A DNA stretch of 20,000 nucleotides from positions 56,642 to 76,641 of the IMG/VR virus record IMGVR_UViG_3300002098_000029; one strand, given 5' to 3'. This DNA comes from an uncultured virus (IMG/VR IMGVR_UViG_3300002098_000029) (taxonomy: Duplodnaviria > Heunggongvirae > Uroviricota > Caudoviricetes). Both the position numbers and the translations under genes were made by a program. Under the pieces are notes generated by a model, which made no database searches, had not been told where the DNA came from, and saw only the letters and a program-made list of their open reading frames with translations. This document shows positions 7,963 to 15,452 of the stretch, piece by piece. Position 1 is the stretch's first letter, and each line of letters opens with the position of its first letter.

Positions 7963-8436
7963 TTGGAAAAAGATTTAATTAAATGGATACAAAGGATTTC
8001 TGAGAAAAAGGATGAACTTGGTGGGTTTAGTGTTTGTCCTTTTGCTAAGAAAGCACTAGAAGAAAAAAAAGTTTTCTGGTCATACATCGGACAGGAACCA
8101 GTAGCATACATACTAAGGTATATTGAAGCAACAATTGAAGATTTTGAGGTAATCATTTTTTATAATTTATCAAAGAACTTGACAGATGAAGATTTATTAA
8201 GTATTATATCAAAACTACAAGACAAGATGCCAGACATGGTATTTTTGAAAGACCATCCAGATAATCCTGGATTTATTAATGGAGTGAATACAAGCAATGG
8301 TGAATATCCAGCAATCTTAGCACAACCCCGAAATAAATTAGAAGAGGCTCGTAATAAGCTATTAAAGATGAAGTATTACGATTCTTGGTCGGAAGAATAT
8401 AAAAAAGAAATATTTGGTTATGGTAATGAACAATAA
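7963..8436 (+). CDS. Hypothetical protein with a CPFAKKA motif, 157 aa
   Basis: Long open frame with a TTG start and GGFSVCPFA and DHPD motifs. Function unknown; start uncertain. Confidence 0.7.
   Translation: MEKDLIKWIQRISEKKDELGGFSVCPFAKKALEEKKVFWSYIGQEPVAYILRYIEATIEDFEVIIFYNLSKNLTDEDLLSIISKLQDKMPDMVFLKDHPDNPGFINGVNTSNGEYPAILAQPRNKLEEARNKLLKMKYYDSWSEEYKKEIFGYGNEQ
8179..8207 (+). promoter_or_regulatory. Sigma70-type promoter inside a coding region, upstream of nrdJ
   Basis: TTGACA (8179-8184), 17-nt spacer, TATTAT (8202-8207). Confidence 0.55.
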
Positions 8437-8453
8437 TAATAAAGGAAAATAAC

Positions 8454-10328
8454 ATGAGCGTAGGTAATAGTAATATGGACATCACCCAAGAGATTTTATC
8501 AGAAATAACAGTTTACAATAAGTACGCCAAATATATTCCAGAGTTAAAACGCAGAGAATCATGGGAAGAAATCGTTGAACGCAACATGGCCATGCACATT
8601 AAGAAGTTTCCGAAGTTACGAACAGAAATTCAATCTGTTTACAAAGAATTCGTATTCACCAAAAAAGTTTTACCTTCAATGAGATCAATGCAGTTTGGTG
8701 GAACACCAATTGAAATTTCCAATACAAGAATTTTTAATTGTTCATTTTTACCAGTTGATGATATCGATGCCTTTTCAGAAGTGATGTTTCTACTATTATC
8801 TGGTACAGGCGTAGGTTACTCCGTACAAAATCACCACATTAATAAATTACCTATCGTACAAGGACCTACAACTAAAGGTCGTAGATTTTTAGTGGGTGAT
8901 TCTATTGAAGGTTGGGCTGATGCAATTAAAGTGTTAATCAAAGCTCACTTCAAAGGTAAATCGGATCCTATTTTTGATTATCGTGATGTTCGTCCTAAAG
9001 GCGCTCGTTTAATCACTTCAGGTGGTAAAGCACCAGGTCCTGATCCATTACGTATTTGTATCGATAAAATTCATGCAGTATTGAATGGTGCTCGTGGTCG
9101 TCATATAACATCATTAGAAGCACACGACATTAATTGCCATATTGCTGATGCTGTTCTTTCTGGTGGTATTCGTAGAGCTGCAATGATTGCTCTATTCAGT
9201 TTTGATGATTTGGATATGTTATCGTGTAAAGCTGGACCGTGGTGGGAATTAAGTCCACAACGAGGCCGTGCTAACAATTCTGTGGTGTTACATCGTGAGT
9301 ATACCACAAGAGAACAGTTTGATACTATTTGGAAGAAGGTCGAAGAATCTGGTGCAGGTGAACCAGGAGTCTATTGGACAAACGATTATGATTGGGGAAC
9401 TAATCCGTGTGTTGAAATCGGATTACGACCCTTCCAGTTCTGTAATCTAACGGAAGTCAATGTTTCAGATTTAGTGGACCAAGAAGATTTAAATTCACGA
9501 GCAAGGGCTGGTGCTTTCATTGGAACATTACAGGCTAGTTATACCGATTTCCATTATCTCCGTTCCATTTGGAAAGAAACAACCGAATTGGATGCTTTGA
9601 TTGGTGTATCAATGACGGGTATTGGATCTGATAAAGTTACTCATTTGGATATGACTGCGGCCGCCAAAGTAGTATTGGAAGAAAATGCTAGAGTTGCTGA
9701 ATTGATTGGTATCAATAAAGCCGCAAGAACTACAGCAGTCAAACCTGCCGGCACTACTTCATTGGTATTAGGCACATCATCAGGTATTCACGCATGGCAT
9801 AATGACTTCTATGTTCGGCGTATGCGTGTAGGTAAGAACGAAGCCTTGTATCGTTACATGAGTGAAAATCTTCCTGCGTTAATTGAAGATTGTAATTTCA
9901 AACCTCATATCGAAGCAGTCATGTCCTTTCCACAGAAAGCACCTGCTGGATCCATTCTTAGAACCGAATCATTCATGCACTTATTGAAAAGAGTAAATAA
10001 GTTTAGTAAAGAATGGATTGCACCTGGTCACCGTGATGGATTAAATAATCATAATGTATCTTGCACCATTTCATTAAAAGCCAATGAATGGGAAAAATGT
10101 GGAAATTGGATGTGGGAAAACCGAGAGAGTTATAACGGCATCGCTGTTTTACCATATGATGGTGGCACATATATTCAGGCACCTTTTGAAGATATTACCG
10201 AAGAAAAATTTAATGAGATGGTTCCTTTACTACATAGTATTGATCTAACTCAAGTTATAGAGTTTGACGATAACACAACACTCACCGACCAAGCAGCTTG
10301 TGGTGGCGGTGCTTGTGAAATTAAATAA
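8454..10328 (+). CDS. nrdJ: Class II adenosylcobalamin-dependent ribonucleoside-triphosphate reductase (monomeric RTPR type)
   Basis: RESWEE, LPSMR, FNCSF, GTGVG, GGIRRAA, GEPG, TNPCVEI (radical Cys), FCNLTE and KPAGTTS motifs, and the C-terminal redox pair ACGGGACEI. No beta subunit is adjacent. AAGGA SD before 8454; an alternative ATG is at 8475. Confidence 0.92.
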   Translation: MSVGNSNMDITQEILSEITVYNKYAKYIPELKRRESWEEIVERNMAMHIKKFPKLRTEIQSVYKEFVFTKKVLPSMRSMQFGGTPIEISNTRIFNCSFLPVDDIDAFSEVMFLLLSGTGVGYSVQNHHINKLPIVQGPTTKGRRFLVGDSIEGWADAIKVLIKAHFKGKSDPIFDYRDVRPKGARLITSGGKAPGPDPLRICIDKIHAVLNGARGRHITSLEAHDINCHIADAVLSGGIRRAAMIALFSFDDLDMLSCKAGPWWELSPQRGRANNSVVLHREYTTREQFDTIWKKVEESGAGEPGVYWTNDYDWGTNPCVEIGLRPFQFCNLTEVNVSDLVDQEDLNSRARAGAFIGTLQASYTDFHYLRSIWKETTELDALIGVSMTGIGSDKVTHLDMTAAAKVVLEENARVAELIGINKAARTTAVKPAGTTSLVLGTSSGIHAWHNDFYVRRMRVGKNEALYRYMSENLPALIEDCNFKPHIEAVMSFPQKAPAGSILRTESFMHLLKRVNKFSKEWIAPGHRDGLNNHNVSCTISLKANEWEKCGNWMWENRESYNGIAVLPYDGGTYIQAPFEDITEEKFNEMVPLLHSIDLTQVIEFDDNTTLTDQAACGGGACEIK

Positions 10329-10337
10329 AGGTAAAGA

Positions 10338-10523
10338 ATGACTCAGAAACATCTATCTGGCGATTGTGCCAATTGCGAATCAACTTATACGGTATCATTT
10401 ATGGAAGAAATGGTTTCTCAAGATTTACCGGAGCATTGTCCGTTTTGTGGCGAAATTATCGAAGAATTATCGGAAGACTATATAGAGGATGAAGATAATT
10501 TGGATGATGGAGAATGGGACTAA
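10338..10523 (+). CDS. Small zinc-ribbon protein with an acidic tail, 61 aa
   Basis: CANC...CPFCG followed by an E/D-rich C-terminus; AAGG SD. Confidence 0.8.
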   Translation: MTQKHLSGDCANCESTYTVSFMEEMVSQDLPEHCPFCGEIIEELSEDYIEDEDNLDDGEWD

Positions 10524-10930
10524 ATTGGCAATATGAAGGTAAAGATTTTACAGATGACTTAATTGGTGATAATTACGGGTTCGTGTATCAGATTAAAAAC
10601 CTGACGAATAACAAAATGTACATAGGCAAGAAATTCTTTTATTCTGCCAAAACCAAGCAAGTCAAAGGTAAGAAAAAGAAGTACAAGGCTCCAAGTGATT
10701 GGCAAACTTACTATGGAAGTAGTGACACATTGAAGCAAGATGTGTTACAATTAGGTCATGAAAACTTTTCCCGTGAAATATTACATTTATGCCGAAGTAA
10801 AGGTGAATGTGGTTATCTCGAAGCAAAAGAACAATTTGTCCGTGGTGTTATGGAATCAGACGATTATTATAATTCATGGATTTTTTGTAGAGTACATAAA
10901 AAACACATATCTAGATTATGCAAAAAATAA
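10514..10930 (+). CDS. GIY-YIG endonuclease, resident T4-like type (EndoII/Seg-like catalytic domain)
   Basis: GFVYQIKNLTNNKMYIGKK, SDWQTYYGSS, FSREIL, YLEAKEQF and YYN motifs; GGAG SD. Confidence 0.85.
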   Translation: MGLNWQYEGKDFTDDLIGDNYGFVYQIKNLTNNKMYIGKKFFYSAKTKQVKGKKKKYKAPSDWQTYYGSSDTLKQDVLQLGHENFSREILHLCRSKGECGYLEAKEQFVRGVMESDDYYNSWIFCRVHKKHISRLCKK

Positions 10931-11571
10931 ATTATTATGTTTATGCCTATTTAAGGAGTAGTGATAATACTCCTTATTATATTGGAAAAGGATGCGGAAA
11001 AAGATTGTATAGTAAATATCATGGTGTTTCCGTTCCTAATAATAAAAATAAGATAGTATTTCTAGAAAAGAATTTAACCAATGTTGGTGCTTGTGCTTTA
11101 GAAAGAAGAATGATAAAGTGGTATGGTAGAAAAGATTTAGGAACAGGCATATTATTAAATAAAACTGAAGGTGGTGATGGAAATTCTTCACCGAGAAGTG
11201 ATAAATGGAAAATACAACATTCTTTAAAAATAAAAAATAAATATAATGTTGATCCAACATATAGAAAAAAAGTTTCTTTGGCTAGTAAACAAAGAAACAC
11301 GGATTATATGTCAAATCCGAAATATAAAGAATTAATATCCTTATCTAAGAAGGGTAAACCAAATATAAAAATTAGAGGAAGAATTGCCCCTAATAGTATT
11401 AGTGTTGTAACTCCTTATGGTATTTTTGATAGTATACAGAAAGCAGCAGATTATGAAAATGTTTCAAGAGATACTATTATTTATAGAATTAAAACTGATA
11501 ATCAAAAATATTTTAAAAAATCACACCTCAAGGACTATAATGATCGAAATTCCAAAGGATTTAAAGAATGA
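10918..11571 (+). mobile_element. Free-standing GIY-YIG putative homing endonuclease, 217 aa
   Basis: YYVYAYLR...PYYIGKG..KR, ALERRMI..YGR and LLNKTEGGDG motifs, then basic NUMOD-like segments and an HTH-like tail. Markedly AT-rich and overlaps both neighbours. Confidence 0.85.
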
Positions 11572-11881
11572 ACCATTTGACACCTTCTTTTTTCTGCCAG
11601 GAGAAAAAGAAGATTCAATTCACTTAGAAAGTGCAGCCTACAAAGATCCTGGTGAGAAGGTGGGTGGTTCCGTGATGGGTGATGAATATCACATCATCTT
11701 ATTCAGAGAAGCACCGGATGGTGAATTGGTTGATGTGGAACAATTTAGTGCCGTTTTGATTGATCCAGCAACCTATATTACCAGAATGCTGGGTATTGAC
11801 TGGTTTGGTATTATTGCTAGAATGACTACCACTTCCGAAGCCTTTATCCAAAAAACATTTGACAAGTTGATGGAGAAGTGA
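11540..11881 (+). CDS. Hypothetical protein, 113 aa
   Basis: AAGGA SD before ATG 11540 (MIEIPKDL...). The longer start at 11417 lies inside the endonuclease gene and is unlikely. Confidence 0.7.
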   Translation: MIEIPKDLKNEPFDTFFFLPGEKEDSIHLESAAYKDPGEKVGGSVMGDEYHIILFREAPDGELVDVEQFSAVLIDPATYITRMLGIDWFGIIARMTTTSEAFIQKTFDKLMEK

Positions 11882-11887
11882 TACAAT
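11859..11887 (+). promoter_or_regulatory. Sigma70-type promoter with extended -10, for RNase H
   Basis: TTGACA (11859-11864), 17-nt spacer ending TGA, TACAAT (11882-11887). Confidence 0.75.
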
Positions 11888-11918
11888 AGACCTCTACTGA
11901 AACTATTGAAAGTTTGTT

Positions 11919-12767
11919 ATGATTCTCGTTGACCTAAACCAAGTATTACTTGCCGGACTTATGGCACAAATTGCCAACCAAAAAGGCAAACTGGATGAAC
12001 ACCTCATCCGCCACATGATTTTAAATATCATTCGTAACCATGTTAAGAATTTTAAAGCTGAATATGGTGAAGTAGTGTTATGTTGTGATAATCGTAAGTA
12101 TTGGCGTAAAGAGTTATTTCCATTCTATAAGGCTGGTCGTAAGAAAACCCGTGATAAGTCCGATTTGGATTGGCACATGATTTTTGATATGCTTGCCAAA
12201 TTCAAACAAGAACTCCGTGAAAACTTCCCATACAAAGTAATCGATGTTGAAAATGCAGAAGCAGACGATATCATTGGCACTTTGGTACCATTGTATGCAC
12301 CACATCAAAAGATTTTAATTCTATCTAGTGATGGCGACTTCTTGCAATTACAGATGTATGGTAAGAATGTTAAACAATATAATCCATCACAGAAGAAGTA
12401 TGTTTACTCCGTTGATCCTTTACTAGAACTCAAGGAGAAGATTATCCGTGGAGATAAAGGTGACGGCATACCTAATATCTTTTCGCCTTCTGATACCTTT
12501 GTCCGTGAACTCCGTCAGAAACCTATTACACAGAAGGTTATTGAAAAATACTTGAACGAATCACCAGATAAATGGAATGATGGATATGCTTTAACTGGAT
12601 TCTATCGTAATGAAACATTAATTGACTTACGGTTCATTCCAAAAGAAGTAAAAGAAAACATTATAAATACCTATGAAGAAACAAAGCCAGCTAAAGGCAA
12701 ATTGCTAAATTATTTTATTGAGCATAAACTAAAGAACTTAATGGAAGTGATTGAGGAATTTCAATGA
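11919..12767 (+). CDS. rnh: T4-type RNase H (5'-3' exonuclease, FEN family)
   Basis: MILVDLNQ, RHMILN, CCD...YWRK..FP.YK..RKK.R, EADDIIG, SSDGDFLQL, GDKGDGIPNI and RNETLIDL motifs. Confidence 0.95.
   Translation: MILVDLNQVLLAGLMAQIANQKGKLDEHLIRHMILNIIRNHVKNFKAEYGEVVLCCDNRKYWRKELFPFYKAGRKKTRDKSDLDWHMIFDMLAKFKQELRENFPYKVIDVENAEADDIIGTLVPLYAPHQKILILSSDGDFLQLQMYGKNVKQYNPSQKKYVYSVDPLLELKEKIIRGDKGDGIPNIFSPSDTFVRELRQKPITQKVIEKYLNESPDKWNDGYALTGFYRNETLIDLRFIPKEVKENIINTYEETKPAKGKLLNYFIEHKLKNLMEVIEEFQ
12662..12669 (+). promoter_or_regulatory. Perfect T4 late promoter consensus TATAAATA within the 3' end of rnh
   Basis: Exact TATAAATA about 95 nt upstream of ATG 12764. Confidence 0.5.
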
Positions 12768-13189
12768 AAAATATTTATGAAATTTTGGATGAATTTGAAG
12801 CTGCAGATTCCAAAAAAGATAAAATGAAAGTAATAGAAAATAATCTTTGTAAAGCGCTAGTTGATGTATTACAATTAACCTATCATCCAAATTTTCAATG
12901 GTTAATAACAGAAATGCCGGAAGAATATAAAATACCTTCCGATCAGATGCCGGGTTTACATAGAACTCAAATGTCTAGCGAATTGAGAAAATTGTATTTG
13001 TTTGAAAAAGGTAATCCTGCAGCAGAACGATTAACACCTAGAAAAAGAACAGAGATTCTAATCCAAATCCTAGAAGGTTTAGAACCCCGTGAAGCGGAAG
13101 TCATTATTGGTATTTTCAATAAAGATTTAGGGGTTAGGGGATTAAATTATAAATTTATTAAAGAGGCTTTTCCAACTTTACTACCATAA
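12764..13189 (+). CDS. Conserved T4-like phage hypothetical protein, 141 aa
   Basis: GAGGA SD and ATGA overlap. The E.RKLY.F..G, IQ.LEGL...EAE and EAFP.LLP patterns are typical of the ORF that follows rnh in T4-like phages. Confidence 0.8.
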   Translation: MKNIYEILDEFEAADSKKDKMKVIENNLCKALVDVLQLTYHPNFQWLITEMPEEYKIPSDQMPGLHRTQMSSELRKLYLFEKGNPAAERLTPRKRTEILIQILEGLEPREAEVIIGIFNKDLGVRGLNYKFIKEAFPTLLP

Positions 13190-13561
13190 ATGACCAAACC
13201 AGAAAAAATAATAATAATAACTGGAACATTTGACCCATTAACACTTAATGAACTCAACTTTCTTAAAAAGTGTAAACAGAAGGGGGATTGGCTCGTTGTC
13301 GGAATTCATTCTGATTGGTGGATGTTGTGGGCTGAAGGCGGCATGGTACAAGACTACAATACTCGCCGTGAAATTATAAAAAATTTAAAATGTGTAGATG
13401 AAATATTTTCTTTCAATGATTCGGATGGAACAGTTTGCCAATTATTGAAATTAGTAAAGATTTGTTATCCAAATGCCAACATAACCTATGTGTCGGACTT
13501 GGATATGCATAATATGCCTGAAACAAAAATTAAAGGCATTACATTTGAAACCATGAAATAG
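13190..13561 (+). CDS. Cytidylyltransferase-fold protein (TagD/RfaE-II-like) lacking the HxGH motif
   Basis: IIIITGTFDPL, GDWLVVGIHSD and R.EIIKNLKCVDEI are family motifs, but LTLNEL occupies the place of LHxGH. Confidence 0.75.
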   Translation: MTKPEKIIIITGTFDPLTLNELNFLKKCKQKGDWLVVGIHSDWWMLWAEGGMVQDYNTRREIIKNLKCVDEIFSFNDSDGTVCQLLKLVKICYPNANITYVSDLDMHNMPETKIKGITFETMK

Positions 13562-13571
13562 GAGTAGTAAA

Positions 13572-13751
13572 GTGACGAAGTTTGTAGGTAAGTTTAGAAA
13601 AAACAAAGAGTACAATGACGATTATAGTTTTGCTGGTAATCGTAGGCATAAAAATGAACATGCCGAAATCAAAAAATTATTAAACCATGACCTTGAGGAA
13701 GAATTTAAGGAATTAGAATCAAGTTTACCACAAGAAAATGAAAAATACTGA
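13572..13751 (+). CDS. Small hypothetical protein, 59 aa (not in the ORF track)
   Basis: AGGAG SD, GTG start, MTKFVGKFRKNKEYNDDYSFAGNRRHKNEHAEIKKLLNHDLEEEFKELESSLPQENEKY, stop TGA. Confidence 0.75.
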   Translation: MTKFVGKFRKNKEYNDDYSFAGNRRHKNEHAEIKKLLNHDLEEEFKELESSLPQENEKY

Positions 13752-13804
13752 TTTTTTTAGCATAAGTAGGTATGTCCGCCTTTGAAATAAGGTAATGGTA
13801 TTAG

Positions 13805-13867
13805 TGTTGTTCCAAAGCAACAGTTACCAATATACTGCTTGACCTTCTCCTTAAACTGTATTATAAT
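13805..13867 (+). promoter_or_regulatory. Sigma70-type early promoter with an upstream TGTTG-N8-CAACA palindrome
   Basis: TTGACC (13839-13844), 17-nt spacer, TATAAT (13862-13867); palindrome at 13805-13822. Confidence 0.8.
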
Positions 13868-13895
13868 AGGTTCTTCACATGGAGAATTCTATTAT

Positions 13896-14237
13896 ATGAT
13901 ATACGGTTATATTCCAAAATCCAAACCAAAGAAGTTAACCAAAGCTCAAGAACAACAAAAAACTGAGTGGTTAGCTTCTATCAATAAGTTATCGTCAAAA
14001 CGGTATTCCAAATCTCTAGTTATTAAAACAAAGTTGCCAGTAATAGAAATGGCTAACTTCCACAGAGAAACTCCACACATTGCGTCCTTGGATACAGGTT
14101 TTGTGACTTGTGCAAAAACATTCCAAAATTCATATACAGGTGATAAGATAAAAGGCATCGGTACAATGCACAAAAGTAATGCAGTACCGGTTTTTAGTAA
14201 TGATGAAGCAAAAGAAATTGCGAGCATGAGAAGATGA
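13896..14237 (+). CDS. Basic conserved hypothetical protein, 113 aa
   Basis: GGAG upstream of ATG 13896; the track's TTG 13839 is the -35 box. C-terminal YTG....GI.TMHKSNAVPV...A..IA.MRR motif seen in T4-like phages. Confidence 0.8.
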   Translation: MIYGYIPKSKPKKLTKAQEQQKTEWLASINKLSSKRYSKSLVIKTKLPVIEMANFHRETPHIASLDTGFVTCAKTFQNSYTGDKIKGIGTMHKSNAVPVFSNDEAKEIASMRR

Positions 14238-14392
14238 GTATCAATACACAAGAATGGTCGGAATATAATGAATATCTTGCCGAATTAACTGATGAAGAAC
14301 TTAAAATTGAATTGCAATGGTTAGAATCAGTCGGTAAAGCGAAGCAAAGAGGTTCTGTAGTGAGTTGCATTGAGAATTATACTGTACAATAA
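14234..14392 (+). CDS. Small hypothetical protein, 52 aa (not in the ORF track)
   Basis: ATGA overlap with the upstream stop; MSINTQEWSEYNEYLAELTDEELKIELQWLESVGKAKQRGSVVSCIENYTVQ fills the gap exactly. Confidence 0.7.
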   Translation: MSINTQEWSEYNEYLAELTDEELKIELQWLESVGKAKQRGSVVSCIENYTVQ

Positions 14393-14399
14393 GGAAATT

Positions 14400-14588
14400 A
14401 TGTTAAGCCAACACGAAGAAACACAGATTTTAAGAGGAATTGACGAAATTATGTTCAATTTGCGTCATGTACCAACTGAAGATGTAGCTCATTTTCTAGT
14501 AAAATTCAATCCGAAGCTTGCGGATGAGTTAGCCTCAGCATTACAATATGAAATTTTTGATAAAAACGAAGGAATTAAACATGAATGA
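14400..14588 (+). CDS. Hypothetical protein, 62 aa
   Basis: TAAGGA SD before ATG 14400 (MLSQHEETQILRG...). Confidence 0.7.
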   Translation: MLSQHEETQILRGIDEIMFNLRHVPTEDVAHFLVKFNPKLADELASALQYEIFDKNEGIKHE

Positions 14589-14742
14589 AAAAGATTACAA
14601 CTTGTGGATGAGCGCCAAAGCAGATGACAATGAAGTTCCTGCTTGGAAACTAGTGGATTTGATTTGTCGCAAGTGGGCTGTAATGTCCCAATTCGAAAAA
14701 GATCAAGAAAATTATCAAAAACGCAAAGAACTGTACCAATAA
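14581..14742 (+). CDS. Hypothetical protein, 53 aa
   Basis: AAGGA SD before ATG 14581 (MNEKDYNLW...); 8-nt overlap with the upstream gene. Confidence 0.65.
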   Translation: MNEKDYNLWMSAKADDNEVPAWKLVDLICRKWAVMSQFEKDQENYQKRKELYQ

Positions 14743-14743
14743 A

Positions 14744-15400
14744 ATGTTTAAAACTAAAAAACCAATTAAAAATTGTCTTTTGTTTGAATTTAATACACAA
14801 AAGGACCTTGCAATTGCATTTTGCCGTGTTGAGGAGTATTATGAAGGTAAACCTAGCGTAAATGGTAAATATTTAACATTAGAAAAGTTCCTTGATGCGT
14901 TTATGACTGATGATGGCAAGATTGAGTACTTCAATTATTGGACAGGATTCAATATTCCAGGAAATATTTACTTGGAATGGGCTAAACAGAATATGTGGGA
15001 TAGAACAAAATGGGAAATTGCATTAGCTGATGCTATCCACAGCAAATTAGATTTAGAAAAACCATTCTATATTATCGGTGGTAAAAAAGGTGATATGAAT
15101 GTAATCGACCATGAAATTGCTCATGCTCTTTATTATATGAATTCCGAATATAAGCGTAAGATGGAAGATTTAACTTACAGTTTCTATAAAACGCACCGTA
15201 AGGATTATTCAAATATGGTAAAGTTTTTAAAGAAAATGGGATATGGTAAAAATGTAATTAAGGATGAAATTCAAGCTTACATGAGTACCAGTAAGAAAAA
15301 GGAATTGGTAATCAAATTTGGTCTGGATTACGATACCGTTTTACCGTTAATCCGTCAATACCGCAAAGTGTTGTCCCGGTACAACACATCAAAAAAATAA
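14744..15400 (+). CDS. Hypothetical protein with an HExxH motif (possible zinc metallopeptidase fold), 218 aa
   Basis: HEIAHALY followed by DEIQAY, a possible third ligand. Confidence 0.7.
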   Translation: MFKTKKPIKNCLLFEFNTQKDLAIAFCRVEEYYEGKPSVNGKYLTLEKFLDAFMTDDGKIEYFNYWTGFNIPGNIYLEWAKQNMWDRTKWEIALADAIHSKLDLEKPFYIIGGKKGDMNVIDHEIAHALYYMNSEYKRKMEDLTYSFYKTHRKDYSNMVKFLKKMGYGKNVIKDEIQAYMSTSKKKELVIKFGLDYDTVLPLIRQYRKVLSRYNTSKK

Positions 15401-15430
15401 CTTGACGGTAGATGATATCTGTAGTATAAT
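15369..15430 (+). promoter_or_regulatory. Sigma70-type early promoter with an upstream TGTTG-N8-CAACA palindrome
   Basis: TTGACG (15402-15407), 17-nt spacer, TATAAT (15425-15430), with an A-tract UP-like element; GTGTTGT-N6-ACAACAC at 15368-15387. Confidence 0.8.
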
Positions 15431-15452
15431 GGTATCTTAAATGGAGAAATCG

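Noticed and set aside
8208..8453. Cobalamin riboswitch upstream of nrdJ
   Set aside because: The region is coding, the intergenic gap is only 17 nt, and no B12-box is visible.
7472..11571. Group I introns or inteins associated with the endonucleases or nrdJ
   Set aside because: Primase and NrdJ frames are continuous and of normal length, there is no non-coding space for a ribozyme core, and I saw no intein splice motifs.
14365..14390. Possible promoter TTGCAT...TACAAT
   Set aside because: The spacer is only 14 nt and the site lies inside a small ORF.
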